In this document: piece after piece, positions 1 to 9,228 of the stretch
How positions within the stretch are numbered: the first letter of the stretch is position 1
How the letters are laid out: the number at the start of each line of letters is the position of its first letter
From: Candidatus Hermodarchaeota archaeon
Lineage (GTDB): Archaea; Asgardarchaeota; Thorarchaeia; Thorarchaeales; Thorarchaeaceae
Length of the DNA stretch: 29,891 nt
Direction of reading: 5' to 3'
NCBI GenBank assembly: GCA_048885865.1
Contig: JBHLLF010000031.1
Span: 1 to 29,891 of the forward strand
The notes under the pieces: model-generated
The model's database searches: none
What the model saw: only the letters and a program-made list of their open reading frames with translations
What the model was told of the DNA's origin: nothing
Translations under genes and position numbers: made by a program

Positions 1-686
1 GCATTTCCACTTGAATATGTCCAAGCGAGAGGATCGTCTGTTCCTGGCAGATAATCCATTGGTTTTGTTAGATAGTAGTCGAGACTAAAACCAGTAGCGC
101 CCCATTCCATATTGGTTACCGGATCGAACTCATTCCATTGAATACCAACATTTTGTAGAAGTAGATTCTCAACGGTTATGTCTCTCTTGGCATCAAGAAA
201 CACAGGGTCACCGTATTTCCCAGAATCCCACCTTTCAGGGAAAACATCGAAGAATTTGGTGTCCAAGTCGAAAAATCCCTTTTCAATAGCTATTCCTACA
301 AGCAAAGATACAACAGATTTTGTAACACTCCAAACTGCATGTAGTCTGCCGTCTCTAAGATCCCATACTGGATCGGCCTCAGGCCAATAGTAGCTTTTGT
401 CTTCACGCCGTACGGAGTCATGGAGATACTCCTCATTGATTATGTAACCGTTGCGAATAATCAACACACTTTGAATATCAATCTCGTTTGCTTCGATAAA
501 ACCGTACATTTCCTCTATCTTACTTGAATCCACGCCCTGTGCTTCAGGAGTGGTTCCCTTCCAATTATCCCAACTTGGCCAATTCTGAGGTCTGGCAATT
601 GCAAGTGCTTGAGAAGGTATAAAACCGAGGAAGATGATAGCGGTAAAAGATAATCCTAATACAACCAGTTTTGCTTTGCGCTTCAT
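1..686 (-). CDS. Serine hydrolase, beta-lactamase/AmpC-like family, with signal peptide (partial; 3' end runs off the window start)
   Basis: Not in the ORF track. Manual translation from ATG 686 is open to the window edge: MKRKAKLVVLGLSFTAIIFLGF...TPEAQGVDS...SVLIIRNGY...HAVWSVTKS (SxxK)...ITVENLL...PMDYLPG...WTYSSGN. Paralogous in motifs to 11790..13082. Confidence 0.9.
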   Translation of the reverse strand, partial: MKRKAKLVVLGLSFTAIIFLGFIPSQALAIARPQNWPSWDNWKGTTPEAQGVDSSKIEEMYGFIEANEIDIQSVLIIRNGYIINEEYLHDSVRREDKSYYWPEADPVWDLRDGRLHAVWSVTKSVVSLLVGIAIEKGFFDLDTKFFDVFPERWDSGKYGDPVFLDAKRDITVENLLLQNVGIQWNEFDPVTNMEWGATGFSLDYYLTKPMDYLPGTDDPLAWTYSSGN

Positions 687-721
687 AATCACTACCACTC
701 TTCCAATATTTGTAATATCTT

Positions 722-748
722 TTTAATAAAGGACAATAGCACAATAGC
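722..748 (-). promoter_or_regulatory. Putative TATA box (TTTATTAAA) with an upstream tandem 8-mer
   Basis: Minus-strand TTTATTAAA at 730-722, about 36 nt before ATG 686. Tandem ACAATAGC at 733-740 and 741-748 lies just upstream. Confidence 0.4.
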
Positions 749-851
749 TATAGTTCCAGCGTGAATATAGTGTGTGAGGAAAGAGGTAGCAAAATAGCGG
801 CAGAAAGGTTCATTTCCTCCATCTTTGCGTTGAGCATTTCGAGCGTCCCTC

Positions 852-3098
852 TCAACCAGCGGAGAGCTTGGGAAACCAGACTTCAAACTTTGCTCCTTTA
901 CTAGGGTCAAGCAAGTCGCGATCTTGCACATCAATAGTCCCAGAGTACTTCCTTGTGATTCTCAAAGCTTGGTGGATGCCAATTCCTCCAAAGCGTCTGT
1001 TCGGATCAAACATCTCAGCTTTTCTTTTATCAGGTATTCCTTGACCATTGTCACTAATCATCACTGTATAGCCTTCATTCGCTTCAGACATTTCAATCCA
1101 GACAAGTTTTTGCTCACTTCTGTTGTGCACAACTGCATTTTCTATTATATTCATGAAGAGAACATGGATAAACCTGTCAGCAATAATAAATGCAGGACTA
1201 GAGTCAGACTTGAAGTCAATTACAGCATCGGGGTATCTATTTCGGGCCTTTTCCATACAGGATTCTAGTGTATCGACTAAAGATACTTGACCCAAGGGTT
1301 CTGAGAGAAGCCCCTCAGTCTTCTTCACAGAAGAAACCAGAGAACGACACGAGTTGATTGAGTCAAATATTCCTCTGAGTACACTCTCATTATCAATATC
1401 CAAACCTGATAGCAAAAGCTCTGTGCCCATACTAGCCGCTTGAAGCATATTCATAATATCATGACCCATTAGGTCGAGATACAGCATTGCCGTTTCACCG
1501 GCTACCCTGAACTCATCTTCAGCTCTTCTTCTTTCAGTAATGTCTCTCACCACGAGCACATATGCAGCCAGCCTATCATCACTGCCTTTAAGGAAGGACG
1601 CAGTAATCTCACTCGGGAAGCGTGTGCCATCGGATCTTTGCAGCATGAACTCAGAGGGCAAATTATCAAGGCCTGTTGTACTAGTCAATGCACTTTGCGC
1701 TTTTTCTCGATCCTCCGGCACAACAAAATCAAACATGTTTATTCCCAATAGCTCCTTCTCGCTCTCCAATCCAACCATAAGAGGCGCTGCCTCATTGGTC
1801 ATGATGATAGCCCCTTCTGCATCACACATCAAGATGCCATCAGGAATTGTTTCTACCAAAGTGCGATACTGATTTTCGCTTTGCTTCATCCGATCTTCAG
1901 CTAGTCTTCTTTCCGTTACATCCAGAAGAGTTCCAGAGGCTCTCAAGGCGGAGCCATCTTCACTCCGTTCGAGAATAGTTCCTCTATCTAAGACCCACTT
2001 CAAAGTGCCATCTTGAGTCTTTAGTCGATATTCCACGAAATAGAACGGGATTTCCCCAGATTCATGTTTCCTCCATTGAGCCCTCACATCTTCATAGTCG
2101 TCTGGATGAATAATCTCCTGCCAATTGGGAGAATGTTTGGTCAAATCCTCTTGTGTGAAGCCCACGATTTCTGCAAACCTTTCGTTAACATGCCATTCGT
2201 CTGGATTGGCGGTCCAATCCCAAACACCGAGCTCAGCCCCTCTTATAGCAAAATCGAGACGCTCTTCGCTCTCCTTTAGAGCCTGCTCAGCCTTCCTTCT
2301 TTTGGTTATATCCTCAGTGTGAATCATCACTAAGTCAGGAGGAATGTAAGCGTATCGAACTACCAAATACTTCTCTTCTCCAGTTGTCCTGAAATAGTGC
2401 ATCTCTTCTTCAATGACTTTCTTCTCGTTGTAACTCCGAATTATAGTATTGCGGATCTCCGGCATATCTGCATAATGATTCGATAGTTTGACTCCGATGA
2501 GATTCGCTACATCGCCATTTGTGAATTCGAGGGCTTTATCGTTGTAGTCAACAAATACAAAATCGTCGTGAGTCTTTTGCCAAGTGTACGTAGGAACAGG
2601 AATTCCCTTGAATAATGCCCTCATCTGTTCCTCACTTGCTTGGAGTTTTTCTTCTGCACGCTTACGATCTGTTATATCTCTTACAATAGCCTGAACAATC
2701 GTTTCATCACTAATTCTAATGGCGTTAAGACTCACCTCGGCTTCAAAGAAGGTTCCATCACATCTAATGTGCTGCCACTCAAAGAACTGCGGGATGCCAT
2801 TAATAGCTGCGTCTATCTTCTCGAGTGCTTTTTCCTTCGAGTTTCGTCCGTCGCTCTGCTCTGGAGGTGAGAAATGATATGGAGTTTTGCCAAGTATCTG
2901 CTCATTTGTACACCCAAACATCTCAAGCGTGCGATTGTTGCACTCTATGAAGACATCATATCGCATTAGGAACATCGCATCATTGGCTGATTCGAAGAAA
3001 GTTTGATAATTTGCTTCGCTCTCTGAAGTTCCTGTTTTCATATCTTTCAGTATACGCCCTGCATCCTTTCGATTATGGGGTTGTTTTTTCACAAGCAA
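852..3098 (-). CDS. Soluble multi-PAS (4 PAS/PAC) sensor histidine kinase
   Basis: Four PAS/PAC units ending [30 protein letters not shown] and [11 protein letters not shown]-box LMGHDIMN, N-box [11 protein letters not shown]1 DNGQGIP, G2 GGIGI. Start uncertain (TTG 3098 or ATG 3041). Confidence 0.93.
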   Translation of the reverse strand: MLVKKQPHNRKDAGRILKDMKTGTSESEANYQTFFESANDAMFLMRYDVFIECNNRTLEMFGCTNEQILGKTPYHFSPPEQSDGRNSKEKALEKIDAAINGIPQFFEWQHIRCDGTFFEAEVSLNAIRISDETIVQAIVRDITDRKRAEEKLQASEEQMRALFKGIPVPTYTWQKTHDDFVFVDYNDKALEFTNGDVANLIGVKLSNHYADMPEIRNTIIRSYNEKKVIEEEMHYFRTTGEEKYLVVRYAYIPPDLVMIHTEDITKRRKAEQALKESEERLDFAIRGAELGVWDWTANPDEWHVNERFAEIVGFTQEDLTKHSPNWQEIIHPDDYEDVRAQWRKHESGEIPFYFVEYRLKTQDGTLKWVLDRGTILERSEDGSALRASGTLLDVTERRLAEDRMKQSENQYRTLVETIPDGILMCDAEGAIIMTNEAAPLMVGLESEKELLGINMFDFVVPEDREKAQSALTSTTGLDNLPSEFMLQRSDGTRFPSEITASFLKGSDDRLAAYVLVVRDITERRRAEDEFRVAGETAMLYLDLMGHDIMNMLQAASMGTELLLSGLDIDNESVLRGIFDSINSCRSLVSSVKKTEGLLSEPLGQVSLVDTLESCMEKARNRYPDAVIDFKSDSSPAFIIADRFIHVLFMNIIENAVVHNRSEQKLVWIEMSEANEGYTVMISDNGQGIPDKRKAEMFDPNRRFGGIGIHQALRITRKYSGTIDVQDRDLLDPSKGAKFEVWFPKLSAG

Positions 3099-3250
3099 AC
3101 CCCCTGAGCATGTTAAATGTCATGTCAATGTTAAAGCTGACCCTATTTCACTTCTGTGGAGAGATTTCAATCTTATTGATTCAATTATCTCGGATTTAAC
3201 TAAGGATGATTGAGCAAATATGCTTCATCTTTACATACACAAGAATTGAG

Positions 3251-3802
3251 TCAGAATTGTGAGAGGAGGAGGTCTCTCTCAATCTCTTTTACTCGCTCAC
3301 TGAAACTATTATTGAAATCAGTGAGTAGATCAAGAAAACTTCTGAACCACGCTGAGAATACGGTAAGGGCTTCCTTCAGCTTCACACCCTCAGGATTCGA
3401 TTTGATATCTGGTGTCAGGGTCTGCCATTCTGTCAATAGGTGATCAATGATTTCCAGTTTGACCATGACAAAATTCTCAATTGCTTCCATGCTGCGCTTG
3501 AAACTATCCAGAATTGGAGCTGTGGTTCCACCATATAGCTGAGTTCTCGAGCCAGGGGTTGACTCCTTCGTAATCATTTGTCTATCTTCCAGATTCTTCA
3601 GATATCTCGAGATCTGACTCCTCGAGTAACCTGTTGTTTCTGCAATCTGCTCCTGCGTCAAAGGGGTGGGTGATAGGACAGTCATGGCATATATCCGTGC
3701 CATCATAGGATCAGTCCCCCGAAACTTCACAAGATCTTCGAGGATTTTCACAAAGGCCGATTTGATTCGGTCATACTTAGTATTGTTCGTCATTGCCACC
3801 AC
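3251..3802 (-). CDS. GbsR/MarR-type winged-helix transcriptional regulator
   Basis: MARIYAMTVLSPTPLTQEQIAETTGYSRSQISRYLKNLE...PGSRTQLY followed by a helical C-terminus. Divergent from the hydrolase gene. Confidence 0.85.
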   Translation of the reverse strand: MVAMTNNTKYDRIKSAFVKILEDLVKFRGTDPMMARIYAMTVLSPTPLTQEQIAETTGYSRSQISRYLKNLEDRQMITKESTPGSRTQLYGGTTAPILDSFKRSMEAIENFVMVKLEIIDHLLTEWQTLTPDIKSNPEGVKLKEALTVFSAWFRSFLDLLTDFNNSFSERVKEIERDLLLSQF

Positions 3803-3823
3803 ATCTCTAATTGGATCGCATCA

Positions 3824-3871
3824 TATATATTTTCATATTTTTCACATATTGCATTGTAATGAAAATATATA
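3824..3871. promoter_or_regulatory. Back-to-back BRE/TATA promoters forming a perfect 13-bp inverted repeat
   Basis: TATATATTTTCAT (3824-3836) and ATGAAAATATATA (3859-3871) with a 22-nt spacer. Each TATATA lies about 22-25 nt from its gene start. Confidence 0.7.
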
Positions 3872-3895
3872 AGCATTCAGATTCATACTAAGAGT

Positions 3896-4858
3896 ATGAG
3901 CAACATTGTTGAGAAACGCATCAACACCGGAGAAATCGAGATCAACTATGCGGAAGGACCTGACAATGGTCCGGCGCTTGTCCTCATTCCAGGGCAAGGT
4001 GCTGATTGGACAACCTATAGGAAAGTCGTTGAACCCCTTTCATCCATGTTCCATGTCTTCGCTGTAGATGTTCGAGGACATGGAAAGTCAGACTGGGCAA
4101 CGGGAAACTACTCGTTCACAACAATTGGAGCAGACATGACTGCACTACTAAAACAGGCTGTCAAACGAAAAGCGATCATCTCAGGCAACTCATCGGGAGG
4201 GCTCATTGCACTATGGCTCGCAGCCAATCAACCTGATCTTGTCAGAGGCATTGTGATGGAAGACCCGCCTCTGTTCTCTGCTGAATGGCCTAGAATCAAG
4301 GAAGATAGCTATGTCTACAGGGTCCTAGAAGTGACTGTAGAAATGAGTCGAGTATTGAAGGAATCGAGCAGTGTCAGAGAACTCGCAAAGGCATTCAGGA
4401 AAATTAGGCGCCCCGTCGAGGGAGGTAAAATCAGAGGGCTCCCTGGATCAGTCGCCTATTTCATGGCTCTATGGATTCGGGCGTCTCAGAAACTTAGGTC
4501 GGGCAAGCCCTCACTCCCTGGTCGACTCGGTAGAATCACAGATGTGCTGTGGACCTTCGACGCGGACTTCTCACAAGCATTTCTTGATGGTAGAGTCTAT
4601 GAAGGTCTAGACCACGCGGATGCATTGAGACGAGCCACCTGTCCTATGCTTTTGCTACATGCAAACTGGGTTCGACATCCTGAACTGGGTCTAGTAGGTG
4701 CAATGGATGATGATGACGCAGCATTAGCTCGAGAGATTGCGCCAGAGATGAAATTCAAGCGAATCGACTCTGATCATGTCATCCACTCACATGAACCAGA
4801 GGTCTTCATTAGGGAAATGGAAGAATTCAATTCAACATTAGACGACGAGCATTCTTGA
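3896..4858 (+). CDS. Alpha/beta-fold hydrolase
   Basis: GPALVLIPGQG, DVRGHGKS, nucleophile elbow GNSSGG, and C-terminal His in SDHVIH. Confidence 0.92.
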   Translation: MSNIVEKRINTGEIEINYAEGPDNGPALVLIPGQGADWTTYRKVVEPLSSMFHVFAVDVRGHGKSDWATGNYSFTTIGADMTALLKQAVKRKAIISGNSSGGLIALWLAANQPDLVRGIVMEDPPLFSAEWPRIKEDSYVYRVLEVTVEMSRVLKESSSVRELAKAFRKIRRPVEGGKIRGLPGSVAYFMALWIRASQKLRSGKPSLPGRLGRITDVLWTFDADFSQAFLDGRVYEGLDHADALRRATCPMLLLHANWVRHPELGLVGAMDDDDAALAREIAPEMKFKRIDSDHVIHSHEPEVFIREMEEFNSTLDDEHS

Positions 4859-4885
4859 AAATTGCATCTTCTTGACACAAATAAA

Positions 4886-4907
4886 GTGAGAATTCTCACC
4901 TTTTTTT
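4886..4907 (+). terminator. Perfect 14-bp palindrome followed by a T7 tract (terminator-like)
   Basis: GTGAGAATTCTCAC at 4886-4899, then C and TTTTTTT at 4901-4907, shortly after the hydrolase stop codon. Confidence 0.5.
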
Positions 4908-4978
4908 CAGAAATGTGACGATAAATAAAGAGGCAACATGTTTTTCATCATCTCTTGCATATTGTTGGGTCGGTAGGG

Positions 4979-5707
4979 ATGAAGTCATTAGGCTCGATAA
5001 CGAAATACTATCCTTTCGTGGACCCAGGAACACGAATCATGCTTGAAAATACAATGGATGCCGCGTCCAACTACAAGGATTTTGTCAGACAGTTTTGTGG
5101 TGCGGTGATATCTGAAGAAAGCCATGAAGAACGTGTATACCTTGCTGCTAGGCTTGCATTGCATTATGGGGGAATCAACACCATACCCAGACTTGTCAAG
5201 AGATATCCCAGTGCAGTACTGGCTCGCCCGTACTATCTCTTGCATCTGAGACACAACTATGGTGAAATGCCACTGATGAGAGTGGCTGATTCAATTACTG
5301 AGGGATTAGACACAGACCCTGAAAACTGGATTCGTCTAGATCTGATTCTTCGACTCTGGCAATGCTACAATGCGATAAAAGATGTAAGTGAATTGAGGAA
5401 AGCCAATCAGCAAATGCGCGAGCTGATTCAGTCATATGTAGAGCTTGAGTGCTTCATTCCGGGGATATATCACGTCATGATGCAAGGGCGTAAGGAAAGC
5501 GAGACAGATGAAGCGTCATTGAATGATGTTTTGAAACTGGCTCGGAAGTATGATGACCAGGTTGTAATGGCAAGGCTCTTCGCTATGAATGCAAGCGTCA
5601 TTAGAGAAACAGATGAAGCACTAGCGGAGAAGTGTTTCCATTTTGCTCGAGAATTAGACGAGGATCTTGGACTCGACCCCAAGAGCGTTTATTCCCTCTC
5701 CATCTAG
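4979..5707 (+). CDS. All-helical, TPR-like hypothetical protein, possibly C-terminally truncated
   Basis: Likely ATG start at 4979 (MKSLGSITKYYPFVD). Amphipathic helical pattern, e.g. ALAEKCFHFARELDEDLG. The N-terminus recalls a Thorarchaeota-expanded TPR-like family (from memory, unverified). Confidence 0.6.
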   Translation: MKSLGSITKYYPFVDPGTRIMLENTMDAASNYKDFVRQFCGAVISEESHEERVYLAARLALHYGGINTIPRLVKRYPSAVLARPYYLLHLRHNYGEMPLMRVADSITEGLDTDPENWIRLDLILRLWQCYNAIKDVSELRKANQQMRELIQSYVELECFIPGIYHVMMQGRKESETDEASLNDVLKLARKYDDQVVMARLFAMNASVIRETDEALAEKCFHFARELDEDLGLDPKSVYSLSI

Positions 5708-5775
5708 ATTCTATGCCATAGCAAATGAACTCATGAACAGATGTAGATAGTAGGGGAGAATACATTAATCGTGTA

Positions 5776-6000
5776 TCAAAGGGCCATCCAGGTTTCTGTG
5801 CTAACAATTCCCTTTAAGCTGTGGAATGTGTCTAACATTCGTCTCAAGTCATTTGCTGAGGGCACCTCGGCATAAGCCACTATATCATACGGACCCGTGA
5901 TTACTAGAGCCTCTTTTATTCCGTCAATCTTCTCAATGGCACGCTGCAGTTCCCACATCTCTCCAGATTTGACACGTATCAGAACATACGCCTTTGGCAT
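5776..6000 (-). CDS. Stand-alone Lrp/AsnC ligand-binding (RAM) domain protein
   Basis: MPKAYVLIRV...ITGPYDIVAY...GIVSTET. No HTH. ATG 6000 preferred over TTG 6015. Confidence 0.88.
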   Translation of the reverse strand: MPKAYVLIRVKSGEMWELQRAIEKIDGIKEALVITGPYDIVAYAEVPSANDLRRMLDTFHSLKGIVSTETWMAL

Positions 6001-6331
6001 CGCATGTTTCTCCAAGCAGGTATGTCATATTCATATACGACCTTGGTGATAAAGCCTTCATTTTGCCAACTCTGTGTGTCACATGTGGCCTTCAGATACA
6101 TTTCTGGGCAAATCAGAGACTCCATATGTGCTCGTTGTCATTTTGAACGTGGCTCCTCAACTACCACACCTGAGGGGCTAACGCGTCACTGGTGGCCTGG
6201 CAGGGATGCAAGAATCACTGGTGACGCACCTAGCATCAATTCATCTTGCTCTACTTCTATTAAGGCACTAGTTCTGATAGGCATCTAAGGAATGCAAACG
6301 TTAATTATTCTGGTCGCCAGTGCTGGCGTCT

Positions 6332-6808
6332 ATGCCAGACAACGACTTCGATGAGATTCTGACACAAGCCTACAAGCGAATGCACAGATACACATGTGCT
6401 GAGGCATCACTACAAGCAATGCTAAAACTCTGGGACATGAATGAACCACATTTATCCTGGGCTACTGCGGGGTATTTGGGCGGCATTCTATCCGGTGAAA
6501 CAACCTGTGGGCTGTTGATTGGGAGTTGTGCCGCTATTGGTTTCAGATGCGGACAAGGAAAAGATTCTGTACCTGAAGACCATCCAGAAGCGCGAGGAAC
6601 AGCTATTCAAGCTGTCACTGAATTGTATGAAGAGTTCAAGGAGAGATTTGGCAGCACAACCTGCAAGACGCTGAGCAAGGTCGATTTCAGCGATGGCGAC
6701 CAGCTTGGTGAATACATAATGGAGAAGAAGTGGAAATCCACATGTGACATCTTCCTAGGCTACACTATTAGGAAATTGATGTCCATGGTTGAAGATGGGA
6801 AACTCTAA
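6332..6808 (+). CDS. C-GCAxxG-C-C family putative redox protein
   Basis: YTCAEA, GYLGGI..GETTCGLLIG, FGSTTCKTL and TCDIF give the four spaced Cys. ATG 6332 lies downstream of the TATA-like TTAATTA at 6301-6307. Confidence 0.88.
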   Translation: MPDNDFDEILTQAYKRMHRYTCAEASLQAMLKLWDMNEPHLSWATAGYLGGILSGETTCGLLIGSCAAIGFRCGQGKDSVPEDHPEARGTAIQAVTELYEEFKERFGSTTCKTLSKVDFSDGDQLGEYIMEKKWKSTCDIFLGYTIRKLMSMVEDGKL

Positions 6809-7212
6809 TTCTCATTATTCCGCGTAAATCTTGCGAGCCTTGACCATCCACAGGATTACTAAATCCCGCATTAGTACCTCAGCCGCTAGAAGTGACATTC
6901 CCACGAATATGGCGAACAGCATTGAGCAGTTTTAAACCATATTTCAGTTTGGGGTCGAGGATCTCGATTTCATGATAGTTCATCTCAGCAATGTTAGGAA
7001 TTCGTTTCTACATGTGTTCCACGTCATGGGGTCGACCTTCTTCTTCGGCTGATTGAAGGACCTCCCACCACGTATCGTGTGTTCGTTTAGTGTTCCGGGC
7101 TCTTGCATAGCAGACATTCTAATTACCGTCTTATTGACTCAAAACTCCGATGCAATCCCATGCCAGCACATAAATCCTGCCATCCCATTTTCTAGCCAAG
7201 AGGAGAAAGACG

Positions 7213-7674
7213 ATGACGAATGTGCTTGTTATTTATGACTCAAAATTCGGAAATACAAAGAAGCTCGCTGAGGAGATTGCCGCAGGCATCCAGGAGGCAG
7301 GAGATATAAAATGTAAAGTAGAGAACATCAAGGATTTCGACAGGGGAGAGGTGACAGCCTTTGATGCGGTTCTATTCGGAGGTCCAGTACATGTTATGAG
7401 AGCGACCCGCGGAATCACGGGGGCAATAAAGAAGGCAGCAAAAGATGGGCTGGATGGAAAGCTAGTGACTACTTTCGAGACCTATATGGGCAATCATAAT
7501 GGAAAGGCCCTGAGAAAGATGGAAGAACTGCTGATGAAGAAGACACCGGGTGCTCGAATTGTGTCTCCTGGATTCTCAGCTCTTGTTGATGGGTATGAGG
7601 GCCCACTAAACGCTGAAGATGCAATGAAAGGGAAAGAGTTTGGGAGGACATTTGGACAAGAATTACTCCAATAA
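7213..7674 (+). CDS. Flavodoxin-domain protein
   Basis: FMN-binding loop IYDSKFGNTKKLAEEIA and DAVLFGGPV. GAGGAG RBS upstream. Confidence 0.9.
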   Translation: MTNVLVIYDSKFGNTKKLAEEIAAGIQEAGDIKCKVENIKDFDRGEVTAFDAVLFGGPVHVMRATRGITGAIKKAAKDGLDGKLVTTFETYMGNHNGKALRKMEELLMKKTPGARIVSPGFSALVDGYEGPLNAEDAMKGKEFGRTFGQELLQ

Positions 7675-7731
7675 TCATATTCAAGCTAGAATTCATATTA
7701 GAGCTGACAGTAGGTCCTTGTGATTTAATCC

Positions 7732-8226
7732 ATGAGGGAAGCAGAAATGAATCAAGGAGCTGTCTTGAGGTTCTTTCGTGAGGACCACAGAAAACTCAAG
7801 CAGACTATTGAGAAGCTTTCTGAATCGCAGATTATCAATGACCTAGTAATGGGGGATTGGTCAGTCAAGGATATCATTTCCCACATTTCAGCATGGAACT
7901 GGGAAATCGCGAAGTCTGTAGATGAGGTTCTTGATAGGAAAGCTCCTTGGTATCTCACCAAGGGAGAAACTGCGTTCAACATGGTCGAAGTTGAGAAAAG
8001 ACGTGATTGGTCGCTAAAGCAGGTCTTAGACGAGTGGGAGAAATCGTTTGATGCATTGATACATAGAATTGAGGAGATTACAGCAGAAGAATGGAACCTT
8101 CATACCGGACTACTTTGGGCGGACGGCTCAGTGGTAACAATCGAGTCGCTATTTGGCTACCGCTACAAAGGCGAGGGCCACGAGGGAGGACATGCTTTAC
8201 AGATTATGGAACATTATAACCTCTAG
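7732..8226 (+). CDS. DinB-superfamily (ClbS/DfsB-like) four-helix-bundle protein
   Basis: WSVKDIISHISAWN motif, FN..EVEKRRDWSL, and C-terminal HEGGH. Confidence 0.8.
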   Translation: MREAEMNQGAVLRFFREDHRKLKQTIEKLSESQIINDLVMGDWSVKDIISHISAWNWEIAKSVDEVLDRKAPWYLTKGETAFNMVEVEKRRDWSLKQVLDEWEKSFDALIHRIEEITAEEWNLHTGLLWADGSVVTIESLFGYRYKGEGHEGGHALQIMEHYNL

Positions 8227-9200
8227 AGGTTGAAACACGTCCTTGCCACAGAAACATAGCTCTTCCAGTTCGCCACAAATCTCCCAAGCGTATTATACCC
8301 ATATTTCACCATGGTTTCGAGACAATGCTCTGTTCCCCAAAGAATGTAGATGAAGGGTTGTCTTCCAAGTCTGAATATGACGCGCTCTCCAAGTCGAGGA
8401 TCAATCTCGCCAGTGTAGGCAGCGATTAGATGAGTAAGAAAGTCAACTCCCTCACTCAAGAAGATGAAATCCGCAGCGGGGTCATAAACACGAGTTTCTT
8501 CAAAGTCAATGATTCCAGTGACAGTGTAGGATAGGGAGTCTACTAGGATGTTTGAGGTATCGAAATCCCCATGAATGAGAACTGGCTCGAAATCGAAGTT
8601 CTCGTCAGGGTCTAGGAATCCATGGAAAAGGTTCTGGGCCCATTCTTTTTCAGTTTTAGACAATTGTGGAAAGACGACATCTTGAACACGCTTAAAGACT
8701 TCCCAATACTCAGTCCTGCTTTCCTCTGGTCGATATGAGCCCTCATCACCCAATCCCAAACTACTTCCATCTATTGCATGAAGTTGGCCTAGAAACCCGC
8801 CCACTTGCCTGCCCAAGAATTGTCGCTGCTCGGTATTGGTCGTGCTATAGTACCGTGATAATGAAACACCTTGAACCATCTTATAGCCCATAAATGGTGT
8901 GTCGGATTCTGCATCGACAAACTCAGGCGAAGGAATCTCAAGGGTTAGATGACTTCGCAGCTTGTCCAAAAGCCCTACTTCTCTACGAATAAGTTTCTGT
9001 TGTTCATCGAGGGGGAGTATCGTACTTGGAAAACGGAAGAGATACGTGTCCTCGACTAGATAGACATTGTATGTGCCGTGATAGAGGAACTGAATCTTGG
9101 GATTCGAGATGCCAGGTAAAGCTCTCATCACGGCAGCCTGTACAACAGATTCCTCGATATCAGGAGGATTGTTTTCCTCGAACATCAAGTGTGGACTCAT
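8223..9200 (-). CDS. Aminoglycoside phosphotransferase (APH)-family kinase
   Basis: YLFRFP, FLGQLH, Brenner motif LIHGDFDTSNILV, GIIDFEE and DPAADF. Confidence 0.9.
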   Translation of the reverse strand: MSPHLMFEENNPPDIEESVVQAAVMRALPGISNPKIQFLYHGTYNVYLVEDTYLFRFPSTILPLDEQQKLIRREVGLLDKLRSHLTLEIPSPEFVDAESDTPFMGYKMVQGVSLSRYYSTTNTEQRQFLGRQVGGFLGQLHAIDGSSLGLGDEGSYRPEESRTEYWEVFKRVQDVVFPQLSKTEKEWAQNLFHGFLDPDENFDFEPVLIHGDFDTSNILVDSLSYTVTGIIDFEETRVYDPAADFIFLSEGVDFLTHLIAAYTGEIDPRLGERVIFRLGRQPFIYILWGTEHCLETMVKYGYNTLGRFVANWKSYVSVARTCFNL

Positions 9201-9228
9201 GTGCGAGGATGTAAGTCTTGTCCACTCG

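Noticed and set aside
6140-6240. HDV-like ribozyme (TCCTC loop, GGGGCTAAC, long P4-like stem)
   Set aside because: I found no upstream P1 partner, the P3/L3 geometry is wrong, and there is no convincing J4/2 or P2. Kept only as a generic hairpin candidate.
6004-6288. 94-aa ORF with CQLC and CARCH (zinc or heme-like motifs)
   Set aside because: It overlaps the Lrp-domain gene's promoter, has no RBS or export signal, and has atypical composition. Probably chance.
6332-6808. Selenoprotein form of the C-GCAxxG-C-C protein
   Set aside because: All motif positions are Cys codons and there is no in-frame TGA.
7675-7705. Imperfect direct repeat TCATATTCAAGCT/TCATATTAGAGCT, and similar short repeats at 3110-3135 and 14294-14313
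   Set aside because: Only two short AT-rich copies each. Possibly operators but not distinguishable from chance, and not CRISPR.
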